From the NCBI GenBank assembly GCA_016204995.1, contig JACQJR010000001.1:28548-92547 (forward strand): a stretch of 64,000 bases of DNA, written 5' to 3'. This document shows, in pieces, positions 1-10,290 of the stretch (position 1 is its first letter; each line of letters starts with the position of its first letter). The translations under genes and the position numbers were made by a program. Under the pieces are notes generated by a model that did not search any database, had not been told where the DNA came from, and saw only the letters and a program-made list of their open reading frames with translations. This DNA comes from Candidatus Microgenomates bacterium (GTDB taxonomy: Bacteria > Patescibacteriota > Microgenomatia > UBA8517 > JACQJR01).

Positions 1-1090
1 GTTTAGAAATGTTAATGTTGTTTTCCGCGCTCACTGTTTTAACTAATTTGGCATACCAAGTATCTTGGGCAAAACTACGGCCAAAAGGTAAAATGCCGCC
101 TTGTTCAATGGATAAAGCATCATTAAAAATTAAATCCGGATTAACTGTTAAGATGACTCCCAGACCATGACATTTAGAACAGGCCCCCTGGGGAGAATTA
201 AATGAAAAAGTTCTAGGTTCAATTTCTGGCAATTGGATATTATCTATGGGACAAGAGAATTTTTCTGAAAACAAATTGTCCTCCATTTTTTTAGGTTTTT
301 CCGGAAAGTCAAAAGAACTGTCCAAAACGTGGGAAATAATTACCAGGCCATCTGCTAAATTTAAGGCTTGTTCAATGCTTTGTGAGAGTCGGGATTTAAT
401 GTTGGCCACGGCCGCTTCATCTTTTAATTGTTTTTTCTCAAAGGTTAATCTGTCTATCACCGCATCAATTATATGTTTATTATTTTTTAATAAGACAAAA
501 TCCTCGTTTAAACCATATATTTGTTGATCAATCCGTACATATCTATATCCTTTAGCTCGCAAATTTTCAAATGTTTGAGTGAACTCTCCCCGTCTATCGC
601 GAATTACCGGCGATAAAACCATTAATCTGACTATTTTTTCGCCGATTAATTGCCGTTTAATTAATTGAAATGCTCCTTCTATAATTTGATCAAGAGATTG
701 CTGGGCAATTTCCCGGCCGCATAAAGGACAATGGGGATGACCAATCCTGGCAAACAACAGTCTTAAATAGTCATAAATTTCCGTGACAGTACCGACGGTG
801 GAGCGTGGATTATGAGAAGTGGTCTTTTGATCAATTGAAATAGCGGGTGATAGACCTTCAATAGTATCAACGTCTGGTTTATCTGCTACTCCTAAAAATT
901 GTCTGGCGTAAGGAGAAAGGCTTTCTACATAGCGCCTTTGTCCTTCAGCATAAATAGTGTCAAAAGCGAGTGATGATTTACCTGACCCAGATACTCCTGT
1001 AAAAACAATTAATTTATTTTTTGGTAGTTCCAGGTTTACATTTTTTAAGTTATGTTGTCTGGCACCTTTAATAATAAGTTTTTCATTCAT
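1..1090 (-). CDS. uvrA: Excinuclease ABC subunit A, 5' part (runs off the left edge; absent from the ORF track)
   Basis: Manual minus-strand translation from ATG at 1090 gives MNEKLIIKGARQHNLKNVNLELPKNKLIVFTGVSGSGKSSLAFDTIYAEGQRRYVESLSPYARQF, the UvrA N-terminus with Walker A. Confidence 0.97.
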   Translation of the reverse strand, partial: MNEKLIIKGARQHNLKNVNLELPKNKLIVFTGVSGSGKSSLAFDTIYAEGQRRYVESLSPYARQFLGVADKPDVDTIEGLSPAISIDQKTTSHNPRSTVGTVTEIYDYLRLLFARIGHPHCPLCGREIAQQSLDQIIEGAFQLIKRQLIGEKIVRLMVLSPVIRDRRGEFTQTFENLRAKGYRYVRIDQQIYGLNEDFVLLKNNKHIIDAVIDRLTFEKKQLKDEAAVANIKSRLSQSIEQALNLADGLVIISHVLDSSFDFPEKPKKMEDNLFSEKFSCPIDNIQLPEIEPRTFSFNSPQGACSKCHGLGVILTVNPDLIFNDALSIEQGGILPFGRSFAQDTWYAKLVKTVSAENNINISK

Positions 1091-1140
1091 AGTGCAGTCG
1101 TAAAGTATACACCAAAATGTCGTCATGTTAAACTGGATGT

Positions 1141-2067
1141 ATGGAAGATGCGTCTTCAACTACCGAGCGGGTGGGAGCACACATTACTACTCTGGGTTTA
1201 GTAGCCATTGCCCTAATGGCTCAAAAATTTAATCCGACCGATACTGTTTCTTTACCTTCAAATATCAATCTATCAACAGTTACTCAATCAATGGAAATAC
1301 AGAAGTGGCCGAAAGCACCGCCTAATCTACAGAATGAATTTTTAAGAGATAATTATGTAGTGCAGCCGGGTGATACTCTGACTAGAATCGCCGAAATTTA
1401 TTTCACCACACCTGGCATGATTCTGGAGTCAAATAAATTAGATAATCCTTCTTTACTTAAACCTGGTCAGGTTTTAAATATTGCTTATCCCTCAAAACTC
1501 GGTGAAGTTAAGCCAAATGTCATTGAAAATCCCTATGTCATTAATGATTTTAATTATTTATCCCAAAGATATGCGGATTTGGAATTAGAAGGCAAATATT
1601 ATTTTAAAGGAGAACTGGATAATTTAGCGCCAAAATTAGAAGGGTTAGCTCATACTTATGGTTGGGATAAAGAAAAAGAGTCTTTAAATGAAAAAGCCTC
1701 CAGCGGACATAATTTTGATCCCAATCAAATGGGGTGTGCTTATTGGATGGCACCAATTGGATCAGTAGTAAAAGTAACTTTAATTGGTATTCCTGGCCGC
1801 ACTATTGACAAAAAACCTGCTATTTATTGTCAAGTTTTAGACCGTGGCCCGGATCGTTTAATTAAATATCCGCCGGATGAATTACACAAAGAACCATACT
1901 TTAAAAACGTCATTGTTGATTTAACACCTGCTTCAGCCGAAGCTTTATTAGATGCTGTTAAACTTAATCCTAAAGACGTAGGAGAGTTTAGAGTTCAGGT
2001 AGAGTTAGTCTCTACGCCAGCAGGCTATGAACAAATAAAAGACAAATTACCCCACAAACTGCCCTAA
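1141..2067 (+). CDS. LysM + RlpA-like (double-psi beta-barrel) putative lytic transglycosylase
   Basis: LysM YVVQPGDTLTRIA...LLKPGQVLNI; C-terminal ASSG..FDPNQMGCA...PIGSVVKVT...VLDRGP...IVDLTPASA matches the RlpA/DPBB pattern; N-terminal hydrophobic stretch. Confidence 0.75.
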   Translation: MEDASSTTERVGAHITTLGLVAIALMAQKFNPTDTVSLPSNINLSTVTQSMEIQKWPKAPPNLQNEFLRDNYVVQPGDTLTRIAEIYFTTPGMILESNKLDNPSLLKPGQVLNIAYPSKLGEVKPNVIENPYVINDFNYLSQRYADLELEGKYYFKGELDNLAPKLEGLAHTYGWDKEKESLNEKASSGHNFDPNQMGCAYWMAPIGSVVKVTLIGIPGRTIDKKPAIYCQVLDRGPDRLIKYPPDELHKEPYFKNVIVDLTPASAEALLDAVKLNPKDVGEFRVQVELVSTPAGYEQIKDKLPHKLP

Positions 2068-2072
2068 AAAAA

Positions 2073-2152
2073 CTTCCGATTACACCTCTTCGAGCATGAG
2101 CGGTTCTACTGAGCTCACCGCCGAAGTCCTCAGAGCCGAAGGCCCGAAGGTG
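2073..2152. repeat. Composite nested palindromic (REP-like) element, copy A
   Basis: 2082-2152 aligns to the reverse complement of 28968-29030 with 6 mismatches plus an 8-bp indel; closed by CACCT/AGGTG. Confidence 0.85.
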
Positions 2153-2167
2153 GGTTACGTTGACACG

Positions 2168-4228
2168 TTAGGAAATTGCTTTAATTTGGCGGATTTTGTC
2201 ACGAATTTGGGCGGCAACCTCGAATTCCAAAAGACTAGCTGCTTCTCTCATTTCTTTTTCCAGTCTTTTGACCACTTTCTTCCGGTCATAGGGTGTTAAT
2301 TCTTCTATATTTAAATTGCCAAATTCGGATAAAATAGGTCTCATTTCTGTTTCCACCCAGCTTTTTTCTAGGCGGTCGGTTAATTTTTCCCGAATAGGTT
2401 TTTTGATACTTTGAGGAATAATATGATGCCTTTTGTTATATTCTAACTGAATCTTTCTGCGTCTTTCTACCTCATCAATAGCTCTTTGCATAGAACCAGT
2501 AATGTGATCGGCATACATAATCACAAGGCCTGAAATATGGCGGGCGGCCCGGCCCATGGTTTGGACCAGTGAAGTTTCCGAGCGTAAAAATCCTTCTTTA
2601 TCGGCATCTAAAATAGCGACTAGCGACACTTCCGGCAAATCCAAACCTTCGCGCAGTAAATTAATCCCCACAATGACGTCATAATTTCCGGCTCTTAAAT
2701 CATCTAAAATATCCGTCCGATCTAAGGTTTTCACTTCAGAGTGAAGGTAGTGAACCTTAATTTTTTGATCTGCCAGATAAGTTGCTAAATCTTCAGCCAT
2801 CCGCTTGGTTAAAGTAGTTACTAAGACCCTTTCTTTTTTAGTTACGCGTTTATTAATTTCACCAATTAAGTCCCCTACTTGCCCGGCAGTGGGCCGCACG
2901 CTAATCGCAGGATCAATTAAGCCGGTAGGCCGAATTAGTTGCTCTACCACGCCTGTGGCAGAAGCTCTTTCCAGTTCCCAAAGGGCCGGCGTGGCTGAAG
3001 TATAAATTACTTGCGGTAGTCTGGTTAGAAATTCGTCAAAACGAAGAGGTCGATTATCCAGGGCTGCCGGTAATCTGAAACCATATTCCACCAGCGTTTT
3101 CTTGCGGCTGTGGTCACCATTATACATGCCGCGAATTTGGGGAATAGTCATATGCGACTCATCAATAATTACCAGCCAGTTTTTATTATAAGGCTTTAAG
3201 AAATATTCCAATAATGAATAAGGAGCTTCACCCGGCGAACGCCCGTCAAAATAACGGGAATAATTTTCAATACCGTTAACATAACCCACCTGTTCAATCA
3301 TTTCCAGATCATAGGTGACTCTTTGCTTTAGACGATGAGCTTCTAAATCCTTGCCTGCAGCTGTTAATTTTTGAATTTGTTTAGTCAAATCTTCTCTGAT
3401 TTGATTAAAGGCGTCACCTACCGAAGTAATATCGGCAATATAATGCTTGGCAGGGTAGATAACGACAGAGTTAAATGAGCCTGGTGGTGGAACTGTGACC
3501 GAAGGTGGAGGATAGATGATGGAAGATGGAAGGATTTGGCCGGTTAATGGGTGGATTTTGATAATCTTCTCAATCTTTTTTGGTCCGAAAATCACGCGAG
3601 TAGCGGTTTCTTCATAAGCTGGAAAAATATCAATGGTGTCTCCGCGGACTCTGAAGGTGCCGCGATGAAAACCAAATTCGCTCCTGACATATTGCAACTG
3701 AATTAAACGTTCAATAATCGTTTCGCGTGAAATAGACAATCTCTCGGCAAGTTCTAAAATATTGCGGCCGTATTCTACCGGCGAGCCTAAATTGTAAATA
3801 CAGGAGACTGAAGCGACGATAATAGTATCCTTCCTAGTTAATAAATTGGTGGTAGCGGCTAGACGCAGCCGGTCTAGTTCATCATTAATATCAGTTTCTT
3901 TTTCAATATAAGTGTCTGTTTGAGGAATATACGACTCCGGCTGGTAATAATCGTAATAAGAGACGAAGTAGGAAACGGCATTTTCCGGGAAAAAGTCCCG
4001 AAATTCCTGGTAAAGTTGGGCCGCCAGTGTTTTATTATGAGAAATTACTAAAGTTGGCCGTTGGACTTGTTCAATCACATTGGCCATGGTAAAAGTCTTG
4101 CCACTGCCAGTGACACCTAATAACACCTGATCTGAAACGCCCTTCTCTAAACTCTCCACTAATTTTTTAATTGCTTGCGGCTGGTCTCCAGTAGGTTTAA
4201 AAGCTGATTTTAATTTAAATGCACTCAT
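2168..4228 (-). CDS. uvrB: Excinuclease ABC subunit B
   Basis: [42 protein letters not shown] and C-terminal UVR motif. Confidence 0.98.
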   Translation of the reverse strand: MSAFKLKSAFKPTGDQPQAIKKLVESLEKGVSDQVLLGVTGSGKTFTMANVIEQVQRPTLVISHNKTLAAQLYQEFRDFFPENAVSYFVSYYDYYQPESYIPQTDTYIEKETDINDELDRLRLAATTNLLTRKDTIIVASVSCIYNLGSPVEYGRNILELAERLSISRETIIERLIQLQYVRSEFGFHRGTFRVRGDTIDIFPAYEETATRVIFGPKKIEKIIKIHPLTGQILPSSIIYPPPSVTVPPPGSFNSVVIYPAKHYIADITSVGDAFNQIREDLTKQIQKLTAAGKDLEAHRLKQRVTYDLEMIEQVGYVNGIENYSRYFDGRSPGEAPYSLLEYFLKPYNKNWLVIIDESHMTIPQIRGMYNGDHSRKKTLVEYGFRLPAALDNRPLRFDEFLTRLPQVIYTSATPALWELERASATGVVEQLIRPTGLIDPAISVRPTAGQVGDLIGEINKRVTKKERVLVTTLTKRMAEDLATYLADQKIKVHYLHSEVKTLDRTDILDDLRAGNYDVIVGINLLREGLDLPEVSLVAILDADKEGFLRSETSLVQTMGRAARHISGLVIMYADHITGSMQRAIDEVERRRKIQLEYNKRHHIIPQSIKKPIREKLTDRLEKSWVETEMRPILSEFGNLNIEELTPYDRKKVVKRLEKEMREAASLLEFEVAAQIRDKIRQIKAIS

Positions 4229-4276
4229 GGCAAATCTTAATTATATCATTAGGAAACTTGTTTAACAAAGCTAAAA

Positions 4277-5377
4277 ATGGTAAAATATGTGCTTATGCGT
4301 CCAGAAAACCAACAGTTATCCCTCTTTGGGCAAAGCCGTAGGCTATTTTTAAAACAAGCGGCTACTATGGCTTTAGCCGCCGCCATAGGTGGTTGGAATC
4401 GCAGCGAAGGCAGAATTTACACTCCTAACATGGCCGTAGATAGAAAAGTGCCCCTTGATCAATTAATTAATAGAGCTTTATTCCTGGAGGAGCAATTTGT
4501 ACTGGAAGACTTGTCTGGTAAAAGCGTCTACGAACGGAATATTAGAAATCAATATACCGAATTAATCGCGGAAATATTTGTCCAAGAACACCAGGCAGAT
4601 TTTCCTAGCATGAAGCTGCTTGAGCCAATCGTGTGGATAGGGGCAGAGGAATATAGCAGAATCGCCTTACAGCAATTTAAACAAAATTCTTCCCAGATGT
4701 CCAAGGAAGAAATTAAAGAAGTTATTAAAAATGAGGTAGCCATGACCTCTCAAGGACATATTTTTATCAATTTTGATTCAGCCTTTTTAAAGCAGGAAAT
4801 GTTTAGAGATCCCACTAGTCCTTTTCCTCATGGCTGGAATACGCTGAAAGCTTTAAGAACCATTTTACTTCACGAATTTAATCATTTGATATTGATTCCT
4901 AAGCAGGATGACGTGCTTTTTAGGATAGTTGATCCCCAAAATCAACTGCAAAATAAACAGGTTGAGGGTTTTAGATTGACGGCTAAAGACAAAGAAGGTT
5001 ATGACTACTTCATAGTTGAGTATGACATCTTTGATGAAGCGGCGGTGGAATTAATGTCCATCAGTTCCAATCACAAAATATTCGGGTCAGCCTTTAGTAG
5101 TTATAAATATTCGGGATATGATATTACAGAAACGGCCCTGAGACTGTCTGACGTCTTAAAAGACGTTGGAGTGACTGCCGAGCAAATGTATGATTTGCAT
5201 CGTAAATCACAGTTTAAAGAATTACTTTTATTGCTGGCAGAAAAGGGTGGCATGAAGGCGGATAAGTCTACGCTTAATCAAAGCCTTAGAGCTGGTCTTG
5301 GAATTGTAGTGGCTCTGGTAAAAAATGATCAAATTTTGTTAAAAGACTATCTGCAAAGTGTGGCCGCCAACCGCTAA
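4277..5377 (+). CDS. Hypothetical exported protein with HExxH zinc-metallopeptidase-like motif (start may be 4295)
   Basis: SRRLFLK twin-Arg-like N-terminus plus hydrophobic stretch; ILLHEFNHL and downstream FDEAAVE. Confidence 0.55.
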   Translation: MVKYVLMRPENQQLSLFGQSRRLFLKQAATMALAAAIGGWNRSEGRIYTPNMAVDRKVPLDQLINRALFLEEQFVLEDLSGKSVYERNIRNQYTELIAEIFVQEHQADFPSMKLLEPIVWIGAEEYSRIALQQFKQNSSQMSKEEIKEVIKNEVAMTSQGHIFINFDSAFLKQEMFRDPTSPFPHGWNTLKALRTILLHEFNHLILIPKQDDVLFRIVDPQNQLQNKQVEGFRLTAKDKEGYDYFIVEYDIFDEAAVELMSISSNHKIFGSAFSSYKYSGYDITETALRLSDVLKDVGVTAEQMYDLHRKSQFKELLLLLAEKGGMKADKSTLNQSLRAGLGIVVALVKNDQILLKDYLQSVAANR

Positions 5378-5408
5378 TTTTGTCTTATTTTTATATACAA
5401 AGTTATAG

Positions 5409-5437
5409 TTGACAAGTTTGGGTTTTATTAGTAAAAA
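5409..5437 (+). promoter_or_regulatory. Putative sigma70 promoter of lexA
   Basis: TTGACA-17 nt-TAAAAA ending 6 nt before the ATG. Confidence 0.4.
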
Positions 5438-5443
5438 GTTAGT

Positions 5444-6061
5444 ATGCCTGTCACCTTATACCGGAGACAAGAACAAATCCTTGGATTTTTACAGCAATAT
5501 ATTCGCGCTAATGGCTTTTCCCCCACTTTAGCTCAAATTGGAGAGGCTATCGGAGTTTCCTCTTTAGCCACAGTTCATGAACACCTGGAGGCTCTACAGG
5601 ATAAGGGTTTAATTAAAAAGACAGTCGGGCGGGCGCGCGGAATTGAACTTTTGGCCGACGTGCCTGATGGCAAAGCCCAAATTGCGGCTTTGCCAATTTT
5701 AGGTTTTATTGCCGCCGGAGCTCCCATTGAACCCTATACCGATCCCAATGCCACTGTCGGGGTGGCTCCCTGGCTATTTGCCGGTAACAAACGAGCCTTT
5801 GTTCTGCAAGTTCGCGGAGAATCAATGATAGGCGATGGCATTAACGATGGCGATTTTGTAGTGGTGGAACAACAGGAAATGGCCAATAACGGCGATATCG
5901 TCGTTGCTTTACTAGATAATGGTATGGCTACTCTCAAAAGATATTACAAGGAAGCAACTCGGATCAGACTGGAACCGGCCAACACCCGCATGTCTCCCAT
6001 CTTTGCCAAGAACGTCAAAATTCAAGGAAGAGTCGTTGGGTTAATTCGCCGCTACCAGTAA
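5444..6061 (+). CDS. lexA: LexA repressor
   Basis: N-terminal wHTH (SPTLAQIG...ATVHEHL), Ala-Gly cleavage site IAAGAP, catalytic GESM and ATLKR. Confidence 0.96.
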   Translation: MPVTLYRRQEQILGFLQQYIRANGFSPTLAQIGEAIGVSSLATVHEHLEALQDKGLIKKTVGRARGIELLADVPDGKAQIAALPILGFIAAGAPIEPYTDPNATVGVAPWLFAGNKRAFVLQVRGESMIGDGINDGDFVVVEQQEMANNGDIVVALLDNGMATLKRYYKEATRIRLEPANTRMSPIFAKNVKIQGRVVGLIRRYQ

Positions 6062-6062
6062 T

Positions 6063-7310
6063 TTACAGCACAAAAATCGCCACTACCGCCGCTGTCATTA
6101 ACACAAAAGTCATCGCTCCCAAGATATTGCTCCAAAAACCATTCACTTTATCGCCTAAAATTTTTCTGTTATTGGCAATGTGTAAAATGGCGACAATTAG
6201 AATGGGTGATAATATTCCATAAATTATTCCTATCAAAAAGAGAGCCTTAAAAGGAGTAATCCCTAAAACCGGCCCCAAAGCCGTTAACAAAAATCCGAAA
6301 AGGGTAGCGACAATAATAATGCTATAAAAAGAATGAGCTCGTGACCAGGATAAGTTTAACCCTTGCCGCCAGCCAAAAACTTCGGAGACAGCATAGGCAG
6401 CCGAACCAGCCAAAACCGGAATAGCCAGCATCCCTGTGCCGATTATCCCTATCGTAAAAAGGAGGGTAGCAAATTGGCCGGCGAGAGGTGCCAGAGCTCC
6501 AGCAGCTTGGTCGGGAGTAGCAATATTAGTAATGCCTAGTCTGGGCAGGGTTTGGGCATTGGTGATAATAATAAAAAACATCACCAAATTAGAGAAAAAC
6601 ATTCCCCAGGTGACATCTTCCCGCATATTTTTTAATTCGTTTTTGGTAACAATTTTGTGAATATGGCTGTTCAAACGCTTTTCCTCGGCTTCTTCGGAGG
6701 CTTGCCAGAAAAAAAGATAGGGAGAAATGGTAGTGCCCAAAATTGCCACTATCAATAGGAGCTGCTCGCGATCTAAAGATATATGCGGCAAAATGGTATT
6801 CAGAAAAATAGTTTGCCAGTCATCAACTACTAACAAGGCTGTGGCGATATAGGCAAAAAGGGCTAGGGTCAACCATTTAAAAATAGCCGCCAACACCCGG
6901 TAGGGAAAATAAATCATAAAAATAATTATGACTAAGGAAAAAACCAGAGCGATGAGTAAGGGGTTAATCGGTAAGAACAAATGGACTGCGGCTGCCATGC
7001 CGGCAATATCAGACCCGATATTAATAGTATTAGCAATAACTACCAGTAAAGAGATTGAAATTAAAAAGACGGGTGGATAGTGACTTTTCATGGTGCCAAT
7101 TAAGCCTCGGCCGGTCACCAGACCAATTCTGGCGCACATTTCCTGAATTGCCACCATAAAAGGAAAAGTGAAGGGAGCAGTCCAGGCCAGATTTGTGCCG
7201 GCGGCCGCTCCGGTTTGAGCATAGATCACAATCCCCGAAGGGTCATCATCGGAAGCTCCAGTGATGACCCCCGGACCAATTTTCTGCAAAAATGTTTTCA
7301 ATTTTTTCAT
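6063..7310 (-). CDS. NRAMP-family divalent metal transporter
   Basis: GPGVITGASDDDPSG, GTTISPYLFFWQ, about 11 TM segments. Confidence 0.88.
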   Translation of the reverse strand: MKKLKTFLQKIGPGVITGASDDDPSGIVIYAQTGAAAGTNLAWTAPFTFPFMVAIQEMCARIGLVTGRGLIGTMKSHYPPVFLISISLLVVIANTINIGSDIAGMAAAVHLFLPINPLLIALVFSLVIIIFMIYFPYRVLAAIFKWLTLALFAYIATALLVVDDWQTIFLNTILPHISLDREQLLLIVAILGTTISPYLFFWQASEEAEEKRLNSHIHKIVTKNELKNMREDVTWGMFFSNLVMFFIIITNAQTLPRLGITNIATPDQAAGALAPLAGQFATLLFTIGIIGTGMLAIPVLAGSAAYAVSEVFGWRQGLNLSWSRAHSFYSIIIVATLFGFLLTALGPVLGITPFKALFLIGIIYGILSPILIVAILHIANNRKILGDKVNGFWSNILGAMTFVLMTAAVVAIFVL

Positions 7311-8947
7311 ATGGATAATAAATTACGGCCAGTCATCACAGAAGGTTGCGCGATGCCTAAAAGATAAAGAATGGTAGGTGCGACGTCCGCCAAAATGCCG
7401 CTGGCTAAATTTTGCGGTTTACCTAAAAAGGGCGGACCAACTATCATTAGCGGGACGGGATTAGCGGTATGTTCGGTGCTTTTACCGCCGGTTTGGGCAT
7501 TTAATTTTACTTCGGCGTTGCCGTGATCAGCGGTAATAACTATTACTCCATTTAAGTCTGTTGCGGCTTCTGTTAATCGGCCGACGCAGGCGTCAACCGC
7601 CGTACAAGCTTCCATGGTAGCTGCTAGATCTCCGGTATGGCCCACCATGTCAGCATTAGCATAATTAACCAAGACAAAGCCATATTCACTGGAGTTTTCC
7701 CGCAATTTATTAATCACCGCCTCGGTTAATTCCTTGGCCGACATATCCGGTTTTAAGTTATAAGTGGCAACAGCCGGCGAAGGAATAGTCAGTCTGTCTT
7801 CGCCGGGAAATGATGCCTCTTGTTGGCCATTAAAATAAAAACCGACAAATCGTTCTTTTTCCGATTCGGCCGCCCGCAGCTGACGCAGACCAGCCTCCGA
7901 TAAAATCCGGCCTAAGGGCAGATCCACTATTTCGGGCGGATAGGCGACATGGATCGGCAAATTTTTTTCATATTGAGTCATGGTCGCAAAAAATAAATTA
8001 GCCAGAGGCTCGCCTCGATGAAAAACTTTTCGCTCATCTATTTTAATGTTGTGCTTTTGATAATACTTAGTCATGTAGGGGTCAAAATCCCAATTTACTT
8101 GCTGTTTTTCAAAATCTGGCAACACAAAAGCCCGGGTGAGCTGACGGGGTCGGTCAATTCGGAAATTATAAAAAATTACGGCATCGTTATCACAGATTTT
8201 TCCGCGCGGCACACCTTGTTCATCTATTACCACCGACGGTTCAATAAATTCGTCGGTCTGACCAGCTTGATAAGCCTGTTCAATAGCCTCTTGGGGGTTG
8301 TTAACTTTTTTCCCCAGGCCGGCAGTGAGTGCTCGGTAAGCTTTTTCAGTTCTGTCCCAGCGCAAATCCCGATCCATCCCCCAATACCGGCCCATGATGG
8401 TGGCAATAGTGCCTATTTTTTCTCTTTTAATGACATTGTCCAAATGGGCCAGATAGGCAGCGGTAGAAGTGGGCGGCGAGTCCCGGCCGTCAGTGAAGAG
8501 ATGGAGAAAAACTCGCTCAAATTTTTGCTCTCGGCAAAGACGAATTAGAGCAAATAAATGTTCGTTATTGGCATGTATCCCGCCGGCCCCAATCAGACCC
8601 ATTAAATGTAAATTAGAATTATTGGTTCGGCAATGAGCGATGGCCTGTAAAAAGATAGGATTTTTAAAAAAACTGCCGTCGGCAATGCTTAAATTAATTC
8701 TGGGCAAATCTTGATAAACAATGCGGCCGGCTCCCAAATTAAGATGGCCGGTTTCCGTATTGCCTGGTTCTCCCCGACTTAAGCCAACAGATTCGCCGGA
8801 AGCCGACAAAATAGTATGGGGATAGGCGGCCATAAACTTTTGTAAATTGGGAGTATAGGCGTTCGTTACAGCATTACCTGGTCCGGCCGGTGCTAGACCC
8901 CAGCCGTCCATGACCACTAAAACTACCAAATCGGTAATTTTACTCAT
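7307..8947 (-). CDS. gpmI: 2,3-BPG-independent phosphoglycerate mutase
   Basis: MDGWG, GNTETGH, FTDGRD, NADMVGHTG, TADHGNAE. Confidence 0.95.
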   Translation of the reverse strand: MSKITDLVVLVVMDGWGLAPAGPGNAVTNAYTPNLQKFMAAYPHTILSASGESVGLSRGEPGNTETGHLNLGAGRIVYQDLPRINLSIADGSFFKNPIFLQAIAHCRTNNSNLHLMGLIGAGGIHANNEHLFALIRLCREQKFERVFLHLFTDGRDSPPTSTAAYLAHLDNVIKREKIGTIATIMGRYWGMDRDLRWDRTEKAYRALTAGLGKKVNNPQEAIEQAYQAGQTDEFIEPSVVIDEQGVPRGKICDNDAVIFYNFRIDRPRQLTRAFVLPDFEKQQVNWDFDPYMTKYYQKHNIKIDERKVFHRGEPLANLFFATMTQYEKNLPIHVAYPPEIVDLPLGRILSEAGLRQLRAAESEKERFVGFYFNGQQEASFPGEDRLTIPSPAVATYNLKPDMSAKELTEAVINKLRENSSEYGFVLVNYANADMVGHTGDLAATMEACTAVDACVGRLTEAATDLNGVIVITADHGNAEVKLNAQTGGKSTEHTANPVPLMIVGPPFLGKPQNLASGILADVAPTILYLLGIAQPSVMTGRNLLSI

Positions 8948-10215
8948 TTTTTGGCCGCCAGCTCTGTTTCAATAGCCAGCAGTCGATTATATTTAGCTAC
9001 TCTTTCGCCGCGAGCTGGTGCGCCAAATTTGACATAGTCAGCCCCTATGCCAACGGCGAAATCGGCAATTGAGGTGTCATTGGTCTCACCGCTTCTATGG
9101 GAAACAATTATTTTCCATCCCGCTTCGCGGGACATTTTAATTACCTGCAAAGTTTCGCTGACAGTACCGATCTGATTAGGTTTAACTAAAATAGCATTGG
9201 CGGCCTTTTCCTTGATTCCCCGCTCTACTCTGGCAGGATTGGTAACCAATAGATCGTCGCCCACTATTAAGGCTTTGCCGGCAAAATTCGCGGTGATACG
9301 GCTCCATCCTTCCCAATCATCTTCAAATAAAGGATCTTCCATAATGGCCAGATGGTATTGATCATTAAGGTTATTATAGAAAGTCAGGAAACTATCTCTA
9401 TCTAGAGGCGCAGAGCGATCGCGGATAGAATATTTACCATCCCGATAAAAATTATTGGCGGCTACATCCAAGCCTAAAAATAGATCATTGCCGACGTTAA
9501 AGCCGCTTTCGCGACTGGCTTCCACTAAAATTGACAAAGCATCTAAATTGGTAAATAAATTGGGGGCATAGCCGCCTTCGTCTCCCACCGAATGAATGGC
9601 GCCGCGGCGGGCCAGGGAGTCCTTAATTTTATGGTAAATTTCCGCGCCGATTTGCAGGGCGCGCGAGTATATTACCGCCGAACTTGGGATGATGAAAAAT
9701 TCCTGGAAATCCAGGTTGCCTGCTCCATGCAGGCCACCGTTAATCATATTGAAAATCGGCGTGGGAACTTTTAGTCTGACTGGAGGAATACCAAATTGCT
9801 GTGCCAGCGCCGCCACCCAAGCATACAACGGATAACGCTGACTGGACGAAGCTGCCCGCAAAACAGCTAGAGAAACAGATAAAATAGCGTTTGCCCCTAA
9901 CTTTTCTTTATTAGCGGTGCCATCCAGATCAATTAAGGTTTTATCCAAGGCGGTCTGATTGGCAACCTCTAGGCCGACAATTTTAGGGCCAATGACAGTG
10001 GTAACGTTAGCGACAGCTTTAAGAACTCCTTTGCCCAGATATCTTTTAACATCCCCGTCGCGCAATTCGTGGGCTTCAAAACTGCCGGTGGAGGCACCAG
10101 AAGGGACAGAGGCAACGGCTGAATTGCCATCGTCAAGCTGCAGGGCAGTTTCCATGGTGGGGATTCCCCGGCTGTCTAAAATTTCCCTGGACCAGACATG
10201 AGTAATTTTGGGCAT
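8944..10215 (-). CDS. eno: Enolase
   Basis: DSRGIPT, VPSGASTG, GDEGG, SHRSGET, GERVAKYNRL. Confidence 0.98.
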   Translation of the reverse strand: MPKITHVWSREILDSRGIPTMETALQLDDGNSAVASVPSGASTGSFEAHELRDGDVKRYLGKGVLKAVANVTTVIGPKIVGLEVANQTALDKTLIDLDGTANKEKLGANAILSVSLAVLRAASSSQRYPLYAWVAALAQQFGIPPVRLKVPTPIFNMINGGLHGAGNLDFQEFFIIPSSAVIYSRALQIGAEIYHKIKDSLARRGAIHSVGDEGGYAPNLFTNLDALSILVEASRESGFNVGNDLFLGLDVAANNFYRDGKYSIRDRSAPLDRDSFLTFYNNLNDQYHLAIMEDPLFEDDWEGWSRITANFAGKALIVGDDLLVTNPARVERGIKEKAANAILVKPNQIGTVSETLQVIKMSREAGWKIIVSHRSGETNDTSIADFAVGIGADYVKFGAPARGERVAKYNRLLAIETELAAKK

Positions 10216-10218
10216 TGG

Positions 10219-10290
10219 TTAGGTTTTTTGGCTTTTGGGCTATTTGGCTCTTGGGTTACCTAGGAGCCTAAATACCTAACAGCCTAATTG
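10219..10290. repeat. Inverted array of degenerate 8-nt repeats between ppsA and eno
   Basis: ttaggttt tttggctt ttgggcta tttggctc ttgggtta | cctaggag cctaaata cctaacag cctaattg. Confidence 0.8.

Noticed and set aside
246-527. 93-aa plus-strand ORF
   Set aside because: It is antisense to uvrA, which occupies 1-1090.
2096-2299. Short ORFs over palindromic elements or tRNAs (also 28840-29037, 28994-29191 and the 35871 start)
   Set aside because: They translate repeat or tRNA sequence and overlap real genes.
3719-3734. parS-like cgtttcgcgtgaaata in uvrB
   Set aside because: It matches only 12/16 of TGTTTCACGTGAAACA and is explicable by coding sequence (ISRET).
5378-5443. LexA operator upstream of lexA, uvrA or uvrB
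   Set aside because: I could not identify a shared palindrome or direct repeat among the three upstream regions by eye.
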